The notes below the pieces were generated by a model. That model saw nothing but the letters and a program-made list of their open reading frames with translations, did no database searches and had not been told where the DNA came from. A DNA stretch of 60,568 nucleotides, the filler included. It is 4 parts of 4 records of this genome, joined end to end, with 100 filler letters (N's around TTAATTAATTAA, not from the genome) between each part and the next. Parts side by side here need not be neighbours in the genome. Positions count along the whole stretch, not along the records: positions 1 to 27,214 come from DRR378314_2629; 3 more parts are not named here. One strand, given 5' to 3'. The position numbers were made by a program, and so were the translations under genes. How positions within the stretch are numbered: position 1 is the stretch's first letter; the number at the start of each line of letters is the position of its first letter. Of this stretch, positions 8,358-17,448 are shown piece by piece.

Positions 8358-10517
8358 CTAGAATTCGTACCCAAGGTCGACACCGAAGGTGAGCGGTTCT
8401 GCAGCAAATACAGTTCCGCTACCCAGACCTGCACGCCAGTATGTTTGGTCGCCCACGTTCTTCGCCCAGACAGCAGCTGACCAACCAGCGTTGTCCTCGT
8501 ACTTGGCACGCAAGTTCAAGATTGGCGCAACTGTGTTGAATGCAGTGTACGGCGTGTTAGCAACCAGGGACCAGCTATCATCCTCGAAGCTGACGTCACC
8601 GGAGAAGATGAACTCACCGCGGTCCACAGCCAGCGTGTACAGTGCGTTGATGGCGCCCTTGTATTCAGGAGCATTCTTCATGCTGAGCCCGTAAGCACAT
8701 TCGAGGGTGACAACACCGTTACAGGCTGGCGTCGCACCTTGGTTCGTCAATGCAGCAGCAGTCGCCAGATCAAGTTCCGTGTATTCCGCATCCAGAAGGC
8801 CAAGGTTGGCACTGATCTGGAAGTTGTCTGTCGCCTGCCAGGTTGCTTCAAACTCCAGACCTTTGATTTCGGACTCTGGCACGTTGAAACGTGTGAAGCC
8901 CAAGCCCGGCACCGTAGCACTGATTTGCAAGCCTTCATACTTGTTCATGAATGCGGCGGCGTTGAAACGCACAGTGTCGTCGAACAGGTCGGTTTTCAGT
9001 CCGACTTCGAAGCTGTCGAGAGTTTCTTCTTCCACAGGAAGGAAGATCGCGGTGGAGCTGAAAGCATCCGGAGACCAGCCGCCGCCTTTGAAGCCAGTGG
9101 CATATTTGGCATAGGTCATGACACTTTCATTGAGGCGGTAGTCCGCACCAATAGAGAAGCTGACATTGTCATAATCAGCATCATCAACACGGGCGAAATT
9201 CAAACCCGAATTCAAGCCGTCAAACGTTTTGCTTTCCTGCGTGTAGCGAATACCGCCGGTCACAGAGAGCTGATCGTTGACATCGTATGTCCCCTGAGTG
9301 AACGCAGCATAGGACTCGGTTTCACCAGTGATCGAGAATGGGAAAAAGAAGATCGTATCGAGCTGAACGTTCTCTTTGTAGTAATACACACCGCTGATGA
9401 AGTTGAACGGACCATCATAATTTGAAGCGAAGGTAAATTCCTGGCTGACCTGGTCCTGATCATTTTCTTCAGAGAAGAATGAACCAATCAGCACGGATGT
9501 CAGATTGTTCAGCTCCCGATAGGCCGTGATCGACGTGAAGTCGAAAGAGCCAAGCTTACCTGCGATTTCAGCAGAAACGCCCTGGGATTGCGAACGCGAA
9601 TTGTACGCTGTGAAACAACCGGTGCGCTCAGTCGTGAAGTTACATTCCGTTCCTGGTGCGGGCTCGATGGTGTAGACGTCGCCATCGGTATCAAAACCTG
9701 GCGGCAGGGAATCTGGAATAGAATCCGACCGGTCGAGCGTACGGTCTGCAGTGATGTAGAGGCTCCAGTCGTCATCAAACTCGTGCAGCATGCTGGCACG
9801 AACAGACAAAAGGTCTGCGACACCGACATTGCGGCCTTCACCCGCACGATCGCCATTCGGAATAACATCCCAGAAACCGTCGCGTTCACGCTTCAGACCT
9901 GCAATACGGAATGCCGTTTTGTCGCCGACCTGAAAGTTGCCCATCGCGCGAAGATCGCGGCGATCATAGTTGCCCAGCGTGGCCCCTACTTTGCCGGAGT
10001 TCTCAAACTGCGGACGCACAGACTCAAGCTTGATGGCACCACCGATGGTGTTCCGGCCATAGAGCGTGCCCTGTGGACCACGAAGCACTTCGACCTGCTG
10101 AAGGTCGACGACATCAAGCAGTCCGCCGGCTGCACGGCCGAGATAGACCCCATCGACGTAGATACCTACGGCTGGGTCAACCATGCCGCGGCTTTCGTCT
10201 TCACCGACGCCGCGCAGGAAGACGCGAGCCGTGTTTGCCGTACCGGTGTTTGTACCAAGGTTGATGTTCGGAATCTGATATTGAAGATCCAGGACGCCGC
10301 GAACCTGGCGATCCTCAAGAATGTTTGCGTCCAGAGCAGTAACAGCAACAGGAACATCCTGCTGGCTCTGCTCAGTCCGTTGTGCCGTTACGGTCACGGC
10401 GCCAAGACGACGGGAATCGTCCTGCGCTTCTTCTTCCTCCTGAGCGAGTGCCGGGGCTGCGGCAAGAACCGACAGCATGGCGCCGCAAGCGACGGTCGTG
10501 AATAGTTTCCGATTCAT
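8358..10517 (-). CDS. TonB-dependent outer-membrane receptor
   Basis: Signal peptide (MNRKLF...APALA-Q), TonB-box region VTVTAQR, plug motif VEVLRGPQGTLYGRNTIGGAI, beta-barrel ending in YEF. ATG 10517 with AGAGG RBS. Confidence 0.96.
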   Translation of the reverse strand: MNRKLFTTVACGAMLSVLAAAPALAQEEEEAQDDSRRLGAVTVTAQRTEQSQQDVPVAVTALDANILEDRQVRGVLDLQYQIPNINLGTNTGTANTARVFLRGVGEDESRGMVDPAVGIYVDGVYLGRAAGGLLDVVDLQQVEVLRGPQGTLYGRNTIGGAIKLESVRPQFENSGKVGATLGNYDRRDLRAMGNFQVGDKTAFRIAGLKRERDGFWDVIPNGDRAGEGRNVGVADLLSVRASMLHEFDDDWSLYITADRTLDRSDSIPDSLPPGFDTDGDVYTIEPAPGTECNFTTERTGCFTAYNSRSQSQGVSAEIAGKLGSFDFTSITAYRELNNLTSVLIGSFFSEENDQDQVSQEFTFASNYDGPFNFISGVYYYKENVQLDTIFFFPFSITGETESYAAFTQGTYDVNDQLSVTGGIRYTQESKTFDGLNSGLNFARVDDADYDNVSFSIGADYRLNESVMTYAKYATGFKGGGWSPDAFSSTAIFLPVEEETLDSFEVGLKTDLFDDTVRFNAAAFMNKYEGLQISATVPGLGFTRFNVPESEIKGLEFEATWQATDNFQISANLGLLDAEYTELDLATAAALTNQGATPACNGVVTLECAYGLSMKNAPEYKGAINALYTLAVDRGEFIFSGDVSFEDDSWSLVANTPYTAFNTVAPILNLRAKYEDNAGWSAAVWAKNVGDQTYWRAGLGSGTVFAAEPLTFGVDLGYEF

Positions 10518-10578
10518 GTGTTTTCCTCTTTTGATCTGAAGACTGCTGCTCTCCCCACAGCATTTCGCCTCAGTTAAA

Positions 10579-10590
10579 AAGATATACCCT
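10579..10590. promoter_or_regulatory. Motif A variant AAGATATACCCT upstream of the receptor gene
   Basis: Core G-R-TATA-Y-C, about 60 nt from the receptor start codon. Confidence 0.45.
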
Positions 10591-10850
10591 TTCGGAATTT
10601 TCACAATCGCTCATTCGTGATTTAGCTTGAATGGTCTGATGTAGATAACATATTGGGCACCTGCGCACAGCGTTTGTTCGCCGCGTTTTCTTCAGTCGCA
10701 ACAGGGCTTTAGACTATTGGTGTGACTATCGCGCCACAGTTTTCGTCACATTTTCAAGGTGTTCCACTTTTCAGGATTAATCGGAGCCAAGCCTGGAACG
10801 GAATCCCCCCAATGCTCAGCGAAAGACCATTTGCTGAGCGGCTCTCTCTA

Positions 10851-10862
10851 AAGTTATACCAA
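10851..10862. promoter_or_regulatory. Motif A variant AAGTTATACCAA in the receptor/YciI divergent spacer
   Basis: Right half TATACCAA is identical to the perfect site at 5514. Confidence 0.45.
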
Positions 10863-11004
10863 TAAACCCTGCCAGCAGGTATCGCCATCCAAACGCAGAT
10901 CGCCAATGAAATCGGCCCTTTCAGCGAAAAAATTAGCAAATGAAACAGCTGGTAAACCCTGACTGTCGGCTCGAAACCACACATATCAAAACAGGATAGA
11001 TCAA

Positions 11005-11403
11005 ATGACTCCTCCCAAAACCGTCCCCCGCCTCGATCAACCATGCTTCCTTGTAATCTGCCGCGATGGTCCGGATTCAGCTGCACCTCGGGTCGAGCAT
11101 TTGAAGGCGCATCTCGATCACGTTGAGAAGCATTGGGAACGATACATCACCGCAGGCCCGATTCGAGATCCGGGCAAGGAAGCGCTCGTCGGATCCATTT
11201 TTCTCGTGCTGGCCGATTCTCTGGAGGATGCTCAAACGCTGATGAATGGTGACCCCTACCTCACCTGCGGCATGTATGAATCCATTGAGTACAAGGAATT
11301 CTCGAATGCGATCGGACGCTTCATGGGTGGGAAAACCTGGGAAAGCGCCGAAGCTGTCGCCCATCTGGCCGCTGGCGGGCCGACCAAACTCACAGCGGGA
11401 TAA
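11005..11403 (+). CDS. YciI-family protein (dimeric alpha+beta barrel)
   Basis: FLVICRD...RVEHLKAHL...AGP...GSIFLV...DPY pattern; AGGA RBS. Confidence 0.88.
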   Translation: MTPPKTVPRLDQPCFLVICRDGPDSAAPRVEHLKAHLDHVEKHWERYITAGPIRDPGKEALVGSIFLVLADSLEDAQTLMNGDPYLTCGMYESIEYKEFSNAIGRFMGGKTWESAEAVAHLAAGGPTKLTAG

Positions 11404-11411
11404 GATGAGCC

Positions 11412-11440
11412 CCCCGGGCGTTATCTGATGCGTCCGGGGA
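11412..11440. terminator. Hairpin between the convergent YciI and nitrilase-like genes
   Basis: CCCCGGGCG...CGTCCGGGG stem just after the YciI stop; no clear U-tract. Confidence 0.4.
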
Positions 11441-11529
11441 AATGCTCCGCCGATTGGACAGGCATCAAGGCGCGGCAATAGACTTCACGCGCCACATTGT
11501 GACTGGCCCGGCCAATTCAGCAACCGCCG

Positions 11530-12552
11530 CTAGATCAGCCCCGCCTTGTCCAGCTTTTCGATAACGCGCAGCTGTCGGGATACATAATGGTCGCGGGCCG
11601 GAGGGTTCGCTCCATCTCCGAGGCCATTCTGTTCTGCTACGTCGAGCTTTCCATATGCTTGAGCCCATAGCTGCATCGGATGCCGTGACAGCAGGTTCGC
11701 CATACCTGGGCGCCGCCGAAATTCTCTCAATGAATCGAGGGAAATCTCCGCATACGCGACATTGCTTTCGCCAGTGCCTGCCCGCGCCAGAACCCGCCCC
11801 TTATAGTCAATGATTTCCGAACCTCCATCAGTCGAGTTCTCCGGAATATCAATGCCATATAGGCCACCAGAATTTGCTGAAACAATATAGGCAACGTTTT
11901 CCACAGCCCGCGCATGTCGTGTGATGGATTTGGGTGTCGGCAGTGGACTGGACACTTCAGAACTCGAATGCACCATCACTTCAGCACCCTTGCTGGCAAT
12001 CATCCTCGCAATTTCAGGGTACAGGATTTCTTCAGAAGCAATCGCTCCCAACTTACCAATCTCTGTATCCGCCACGGGGAACAAGGCATCCGCGCCATAG
12101 ATATCCAGATACTTGTCCCAGACATCGAAAGGAGATGGCGAAAACATCGAGATGAGTCGCCGGTATCTCAGTACGAGTTCGCCACTTGGCGAGAAGATGG
12201 TACATCCCTGAAAATATAATTCCGGGAAGTTCGGGTCGGTCTCATAATGGTTCCCTGCGAGGTAAACGCCATTGTCTGCGGCCGCTTTGGCAAGCGCCTC
12301 GTATTCTGGTCCATCAGGTGCCAAAGCCGCTTTCGCGATCCACTCCGGTGCAGTCTCGCCCCACGGAAACCCGGTTAGACTGTACTCCGGCAAGACGACA
12401 AGTTTGGTATCTGCGCCAAGAAACCGTTTTGAGTTGGCAATCTTGGCAGAAATTTCATCAATTTTTCCGAGTATTGACTTGCGTGCATCACTTGCTGTCA
12501 GACTGTTGACGGCGTGACATGCGATCTGGAGCGCTAAAGCAGAATAAGCCAT
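11530..12552 (-). CDS. Nitrilase/carbon-nitrogen hydrolase superfamily protein with non-canonical catalytic residues
   Basis: LVVLPEY, YRR (for YRK), FPVADTEIGKLGAIASEEILYPEIAR, GAEV, ARAVENVAYIVSAN, GGSEIIDYKG. Confidence 0.9.
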   Translation of the reverse strand: MAYSALALQIACHAVNSLTASDARKSILGKIDEISAKIANSKRFLGADTKLVVLPEYSLTGFPWGETAPEWIAKAALAPDGPEYEALAKAAADNGVYLAGNHYETDPNFPELYFQGCTIFSPSGELVLRYRRLISMFSPSPFDVWDKYLDIYGADALFPVADTEIGKLGAIASEEILYPEIARMIASKGAEVMVHSSSEVSSPLPTPKSITRHARAVENVAYIVSANSGGLYGIDIPENSTDGGSEIIDYKGRVLARAGTGESNVAYAEISLDSLREFRRRPGMANLLSRHPMQLWAQAYGKLDVAEQNGLGDGANPPARDHYVSRQLRVIEKLDKAGLI

Positions 12553-12556
12553 TCGA

Positions 12557-12568
12557 TTGGTATACCTT
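12557..12568. promoter_or_regulatory. Motif A site TTGGTATACCTT overlapping the nitrilase RBS, divergent from the first GntR gene
   Basis: 10 of 12 positions match the perfect palindrome at 5514. Confidence 0.65.
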
Positions 12569-12645
12569 TTAGGGTTTGCCGTTCGATGTCTGATATGAGG
12601 TGCAATGAGTCAACCTCGGTACGATGGAAAAGTGGACGGGATAAA

Positions 12646-13434
12646 ATGAGAGAAGACGCGCAATTGGCTCTATCGGCGAAAGACCTGGATGAGAACTCCA
12701 GCGTACCGCTTTACCAGCAGATCTACTCCAAGATCCGACACGCAATCGTATCGGGTGAAGTCGCACCGCAGTCTCGCCTGCCCGCTGAACAAGAGCTTGT
12801 TCAACGCCTTGGAGTTTCACGCATCACCGTAAAGCGCGCCTTCAATGAGCTTGCTATTGCGGGCCTGGTGCGCCGCTATCGAGGCCGCGGCACCGTGGTC
12901 ACGTATGACTCGTCCACGCCTACCGTCAAAGGCAGTTTTGAGAATTTGATCGATGGCCTGAAACGCATGGGTCTCGAAACAGAGGTTCAATTGCTGGACA
13001 CCGAAATCGTCAGCCCGAGCCCGGCCATAGCAGAAGCCTTGAAGCTGGGGCGCGGCGCCAGCGTTCAGCGAATTGTGCGACTGCGCCGGCTTGCTGAAGA
13101 GCCATTCTCTTATCTGGTAACCTACGTTCCAGAAGACATTGCCGAGACCTACACCGAGGACGATTTGGCAACAGCGAGCTTGATCGCACTCCTGGAGAAG
13201 GCTGGGCACCGCCCCTGTGAAGCCACACAAACAATCACGGCAGTCCCCGCTGAGCCTGCGGTTGCGGCAGTTCTTGGTGTCACAACCGGATCTCCGCTGT
13301 TGAGAATTCACCGCATCATGCAGGATGAGACCGGCCGCCCCGTTCAGGACATTACCGCCACCTATCGGGCGGACCGATTCCAATACGAAATGCGCCTCAC
13401 GCGTGAGAAGAATGCAGACTGGACCGCTGAGTAA
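12646..13434 (+). CDS. GntR-family regulator, HutC subfamily (wHTH + UTRA)
   Basis: PLYQQI, LPAEQEL, GVSRITVKRA, RGRGTVV, and a UTRA-like C-terminus (YRADRFQY). Start ATG 12646 chosen. Confidence 0.93.
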   Translation: MREDAQLALSAKDLDENSSVPLYQQIYSKIRHAIVSGEVAPQSRLPAEQELVQRLGVSRITVKRAFNELAIAGLVRRYRGRGTVVTYDSSTPTVKGSFENLIDGLKRMGLETEVQLLDTEIVSPSPAIAEALKLGRGASVQRIVRLRRLAEEPFSYLVTYVPEDIAETYTEDDLATASLIALLEKAGHRPCEATQTITAVPAEPAVAAVLGVTTGSPLLRIHRIMQDETGRPVQDITATYRADRFQYEMRLTREKNADWTAE

Positions 13435-13464
13435 GTAACGCCTTCCCTGCCGAAGATGACGCAC

Positions 13465-13480
13465 ATTTGTCCGGTCAAAT
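13465..13480. promoter_or_regulatory. Motif B site ATTTGTCCGGTCAAAT upstream of the oxidoreductase operon
   Basis: One mismatch from TTGTCCGGACAA. Sits just upstream of a TTGACC -35-like hexamer (13485). Confidence 0.65.
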
Positions 13481-13508
13481 CCACTTGACCAGGATCACCT
13501 AGTCGAAA

Positions 13509-13520
13509 ATGATATATCTT
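13509..13520. promoter_or_regulatory. Motif A variant ATGATATATCTT in the -10 region of the oxidoreductase operon promoter
   Basis: Palindromic core GATATATC, about 20 nt downstream of TTGACC. Confidence 0.55.
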
Positions 13521-13637
13521 TGATGCTCTCATCAGGGATACGGTTCGCCTTTACCGGTGCATTCCTGCTTTTTGAGCACGATCATTTTGCGCAGCTTCCA
13601 GCAGAAGCGGCAACAACGTACTCAGGAGGAATGCCTC

Positions 13638-15230
13638 ATGTCTGGAACCAACACGACCGAAACTCTCAACCAATTCAAATCTGTACTCACACAATTGCTG
13701 GGCCAGGACTCTGTGCGAGACGATTTGGCGACGAGAGAGCTATACAGTCAGGACATCTGGACAAAAGGCGAACTGGCCGAAATCGTCGTGTCTCCATCCT
13801 CACTGGAAGAGCTCTCCTCTGCAGCAGCTGCTGCAAATGAACGCAATATTCCATTGAATCCACGGGGGGGTGGAATGTCCTATACTGAAGGATACACGCC
13901 AGACCGTGAAGGCGTGGCCATTCTTGATATGATCAGGATGGATCGCATAATCGAGCTGAACACCGATGACATGTACGTCACGGTCGAAGCAGGTTGCACC
14001 TGGGAAACGCTTCACAAGGCACTGAGCGCAAAAGGCGTACGCACACCGTTCTGGGGTCCGCTCTCGGGGCTGACCTCCACAATCGGCGGCGGCCTATCTC
14101 AGAACAATGCATTCTTCGGCGCCGGAAAGTACGGAACCACCGGCGATAGCGTCCTCAGCGTTACGGTCGTTCTTGCGGACGGTACAATCGTTCGAACCGG
14201 CAGCGCGGGAACCGAAGGCGCTAAACCTTTCTGGCGTCACTATGGCCCGGATTTGACAGGCCTGTTCTGCGGTGATTGCGGTGTACTGGGCTATAAAGCC
14301 GAGATCACTTTGCGCCTTATCAAGGCCCCCCGCGAAGAGACATGGGCCAGCTATGAATTCGACACTGCAGCAGACTATGCCACTGCATTGTCAGCGCTGA
14401 TGCGAGAAGACATTGCTACCGAAATCTTTGGCTTTGATCCCACACTTACGCGTGTTCGTATGGCAAGGGCTTCCATGCTCTCGGATGCCAAAGCACTCAA
14501 AAACGTGATGAAGAAACAAGGTGGCCTCCTGTCTGCGCTCAAGGAAGGCGCGAAAGTGGCTATGGCTGGTCGTGGCTTCATGGACAATGCGAACTACAAC
14601 CTTCACTACACGGTTGAAGGTCACAGCAAGACCGGTGTGCAGGAAGAAATCGCAATACTGAACAAAGTGTGCGAAGCGCATGGCGGGAAATCGATAGAAA
14701 ACTCAATTCCGAAAATCATTCGTGCCAATCCGTTCGCGCCGTTGAACAGCATTCTAGGACCTTCGGGAGAGCGCTGGGTGCCCATTCATGGCATTGTTCC
14801 GGTGTCTGAAACACGAGACTGCCTCACTGAAATCGACCAGGCGTTTGACGCCATGCGGGCAGAGCTTGATCAGCACGGAGTGGTCACGGGCTACCTGCTG
14901 ACTTCCATGAGTACGACAGGCGTGATCATCGAACCTGTATTCCTGTGGCCTGAAGAATTGTTCGAACTTCATCGCCAGACCGTGGAGCCATCAATGCTGT
15001 CGAAAGTCGGCACACATGACGCGAATCCGGACGCCACGGCAACGGTCAGGAAAGCCCGGCAAGCGGTGTTGGACGTTTTCCGAGAGCACGGTGCTGCGCA
15101 CTTCCAGATCGGCAGAACCTATCCTTATCTTGAGACCCGCTCAGACTCTACCCGCGACCTTCTCGAGAACATCAAAGACATCGTCGACCCCCAACGCCTC
15201 ATCAATACCGGCGCGCTGGGTCTGGAGTAA
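13638..15230 (+). CDS. FAD-binding oxidoreductase, VAO/PCMH (FAD_binding_4) family
   Basis: PRGGGMSY, VTVEAG, TIGGGLSQN, VVLADG, YGPDLTGLFCGDCGVLG, C-terminal KDIVDPQRLINTG. AGGAGG RBS before ATG 13638. Confidence 0.92.
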   Translation: MSGTNTTETLNQFKSVLTQLLGQDSVRDDLATRELYSQDIWTKGELAEIVVSPSSLEELSSAAAAANERNIPLNPRGGGMSYTEGYTPDREGVAILDMIRMDRIIELNTDDMYVTVEAGCTWETLHKALSAKGVRTPFWGPLSGLTSTIGGGLSQNNAFFGAGKYGTTGDSVLSVTVVLADGTIVRTGSAGTEGAKPFWRHYGPDLTGLFCGDCGVLGYKAEITLRLIKAPREETWASYEFDTAADYATALSALMREDIATEIFGFDPTLTRVRMARASMLSDAKALKNVMKKQGGLLSALKEGAKVAMAGRGFMDNANYNLHYTVEGHSKTGVQEEIAILNKVCEAHGGKSIENSIPKIIRANPFAPLNSILGPSGERWVPIHGIVPVSETRDCLTEIDQAFDAMRAELDQHGVVTGYLLTSMSTTGVIIEPVFLWPEELFELHRQTVEPSMLSKVGTHDANPDATATVRKARQAVLDVFREHGAAHFQIGRTYPYLETRSDSTRDLLENIKDIVDPQRLINTGALGLE

Positions 15231-15233
15231 ATC

Positions 15234-16658
15234 ATGTCGCAAAACATCTCCATTCGGAATCCTCGAACCGGTGAGGCTGACTTCTCATTGGCCGCCATGG
15301 ATGCTCGGCTTGTCACAAGCACCGGTCAGGCACTGCGGCAGGGTCAACGTGCTTGGCATAATCTTGGCTTTCAAGGTCGCGCGGAACGGTTGCGCGATCT
15401 GGCCAATGCGCTGCTGGCCCATATTGACCCGATTTCGGCGGCTCTGGAAATTGACACCGGACGGCGTCGCATCGCCAGAATGGAAGTCGAAGCTGTGGCG
15501 TCGTCGCTCGTCGCGTGGGCGAACCAGGCACCGGCCAACGCCGAGGGCGACTGGATACAAGGCATCAGCAATCCGGCAATCAAACATAAATCCCAACTCA
15601 TCCCCTATGGTCTTGTTGGAGTGATCAGCCCGTGGAACTTCCCATTAATCTTGTCGATGATCGACGCAGCACCCGCCCTGCTTGCTGGGTGCTCGGTCAT
15701 GATAAAGCCAAGCGAAGTCACCTCTCGCTTCGTGAAGCCACTGGAAGATGCCATTGAGACTGCAGGGCTGTCATCCGTTATCCGTCTGGTAACTGGCTCC
15801 GGAGAAACGGGTGCCGCGTTGGTCGATACGGTCGACGCCGTTTGCTTTACAGGCTCCGTCCCCACCGGCCGCAAGGTCGCGATACAGGCCGCGGGCAGGC
15901 TCATCCCGGCCTTCCTTGAGCTCGGAGGCAAAGACCCCCTGATCGTGTTGGCCTCATCAGACATTGAAGCCGCAACGGATGCGGCTCTGAGAGGGTCTGC
16001 GCAATCTACCGGCCAGGCGTGTCAATCGATCGAACGGATCTACGTTGATGCAGCCATCTACGATTCATTCCTGGAACGACTGGTCGAAAAAGCTGAGACC
16101 ACCCGCCTCAACGCATACGACATTTCAAAAGGCGAACTCGGTCCGATCATCTTCGATAAGCAGGCCGACATACTCGCCCGCCATATCGAAGACGCGAAAC
16201 AGAATGGCGCGATAGTTCTGACAGGTGGCGACATTGAGCGACACATGGGCGGCGTCTGGCTACGTCCAACTGTGTTGTGTGAGGTGACGCACGACATGCA
16301 AGTAATGACAGAAGAAACCTTTGGCCCCATCCTGCCCGTCATGAAGTTCCAGACCGTCGAAGAAGCCATAAAGCTCGCAAATGATACAGATTACGGCCTA
16401 TCGGGCGCGGTATTTGCCGGCACGCTGGAGGAGGCTGAATCTGTTGCCCAACACATGGATGCAGGCGCTATTTCCCTGAATGACGCAGCACTGACAGCAC
16501 TTTTTCACGAAGCCGAAAAGAACGCGTTCAAATCCTCCGGATTGGGCGGTAGTCGAATGGGCGCGGCTGGCCTAAACAGGTTCCTCCGGCGCAAGGCGAT
16601 CATCGCTAACACGATTGCCCCGCTGCCCCTGTCTGCTCTGGCCGAGGACGCCTCATGA
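15234..16658 (+). CDS. NAD(P)-dependent aldehyde dehydrogenase
   Basis: ISPWNFP, KPSE, FTGS, catalytic Glu in LELGGKD, catalytic Cys in GQACQS, EETFGP. Confidence 0.96.
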   Translation: MSQNISIRNPRTGEADFSLAAMDARLVTSTGQALRQGQRAWHNLGFQGRAERLRDLANALLAHIDPISAALEIDTGRRRIARMEVEAVASSLVAWANQAPANAEGDWIQGISNPAIKHKSQLIPYGLVGVISPWNFPLILSMIDAAPALLAGCSVMIKPSEVTSRFVKPLEDAIETAGLSSVIRLVTGSGETGAALVDTVDAVCFTGSVPTGRKVAIQAAGRLIPAFLELGGKDPLIVLASSDIEAATDAALRGSAQSTGQACQSIERIYVDAAIYDSFLERLVEKAETTRLNAYDISKGELGPIIFDKQADILARHIEDAKQNGAIVLTGGDIERHMGGVWLRPTVLCEVTHDMQVMTEETFGPILPVMKFQTVEEAIKLANDTDYGLSGAVFAGTLEEAESVAQHMDAGAISLNDAALTALFHEAEKNAFKSSGLGGSRMGAAGLNRFLRRKAIIANTIAPLPLSALAEDAS

Positions 16659-17440
16659 ATTCTTCACGCATTTACTCCGAAATATCGAATGGCATCGGAG
16701 AACTCATTCTGAACAAGCCGGAAAAGCGCAATGCGCTTTCCAGCGACATGTGGGGTGCTATCCCCGAACTCATCGCTGAGTTTCAGGAAAACCGTGATGT
16801 CAAAACCGTGATCATTCATGGCGGCACGGCAGGAGCGTTTGCTGCTGGAGCAGACATATCTGAATTTGAGTCAATCTATGCCACCGCAGAAAGCGCCGCA
16901 AATTCCGCCGACCTGATTTCAAATGCGCTCACCAGCATTGCAGAGTGTAGAAAACCGGTAATTGCGGCGATTGACGGAGCATGCGTCGGCGGCGGCGTCA
17001 GTGTCGCGCTTGCAGCCGACATCAGAGTGGCGGGTGAAGGCTCAAGATTTGCGGTGACACCGGCGAAACTTGGACTCGTATACCCGGTCGATGACACAAG
17101 ACGATTGATCGAAGCCGTCGGGGTACCTGCCGCTAAAGATATACTTCTAACCGGCAGACTGTTTCTGACAGAGGAAGCCTTTCGACTTGGATTAGTCACG
17201 CGCATGGTCGCCGCTGGGGAGGCCCTTGCTACCGCCAGAACACTCGCCGAGCAGATCGGCCAGAACTCCCTATGGTCTCATGGCGCAACCAAGCGCTCAT
17301 TCAAAGCTGTCAACGAAGGCTGGACCGACAAGACTGCTGAAGCAAAGGCTCTTTTCCTGGAGAGCTTTTCAAACGAAGACTTCGAGGAGGGCTACACAGC
17401 CTTTCTTGGCAAGCGACCCGCAAAATTTACTTACCGCTGA
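16655..17440 (+). CDS. Crotonase (enoyl-CoA hydratase/isomerase) superfamily protein
   Basis: NKPEKRNAL, AGADISEF, KPVIAAIDGACVGGG, ADIRVA, AFLGKRPAKF. ATGA overlap with the ALDH stop. Confidence 0.93.
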   Translation: MNSSRIYSEISNGIGELILNKPEKRNALSSDMWGAIPELIAEFQENRDVKTVIIHGGTAGAFAAGADISEFESIYATAESAANSADLISNALTSIAECRKPVIAAIDGACVGGGVSVALAADIRVAGEGSRFAVTPAKLGLVYPVDDTRRLIEAVGVPAAKDILLTGRLFLTEEAFRLGLVTRMVAAGEALATARTLAEQIGQNSLWSHGATKRSFKAVNEGWTDKTAEAKALFLESFSNEDFEEGYTAFLGKRPAKFTYR

Positions 17441-17448
17441 ATACCGAC

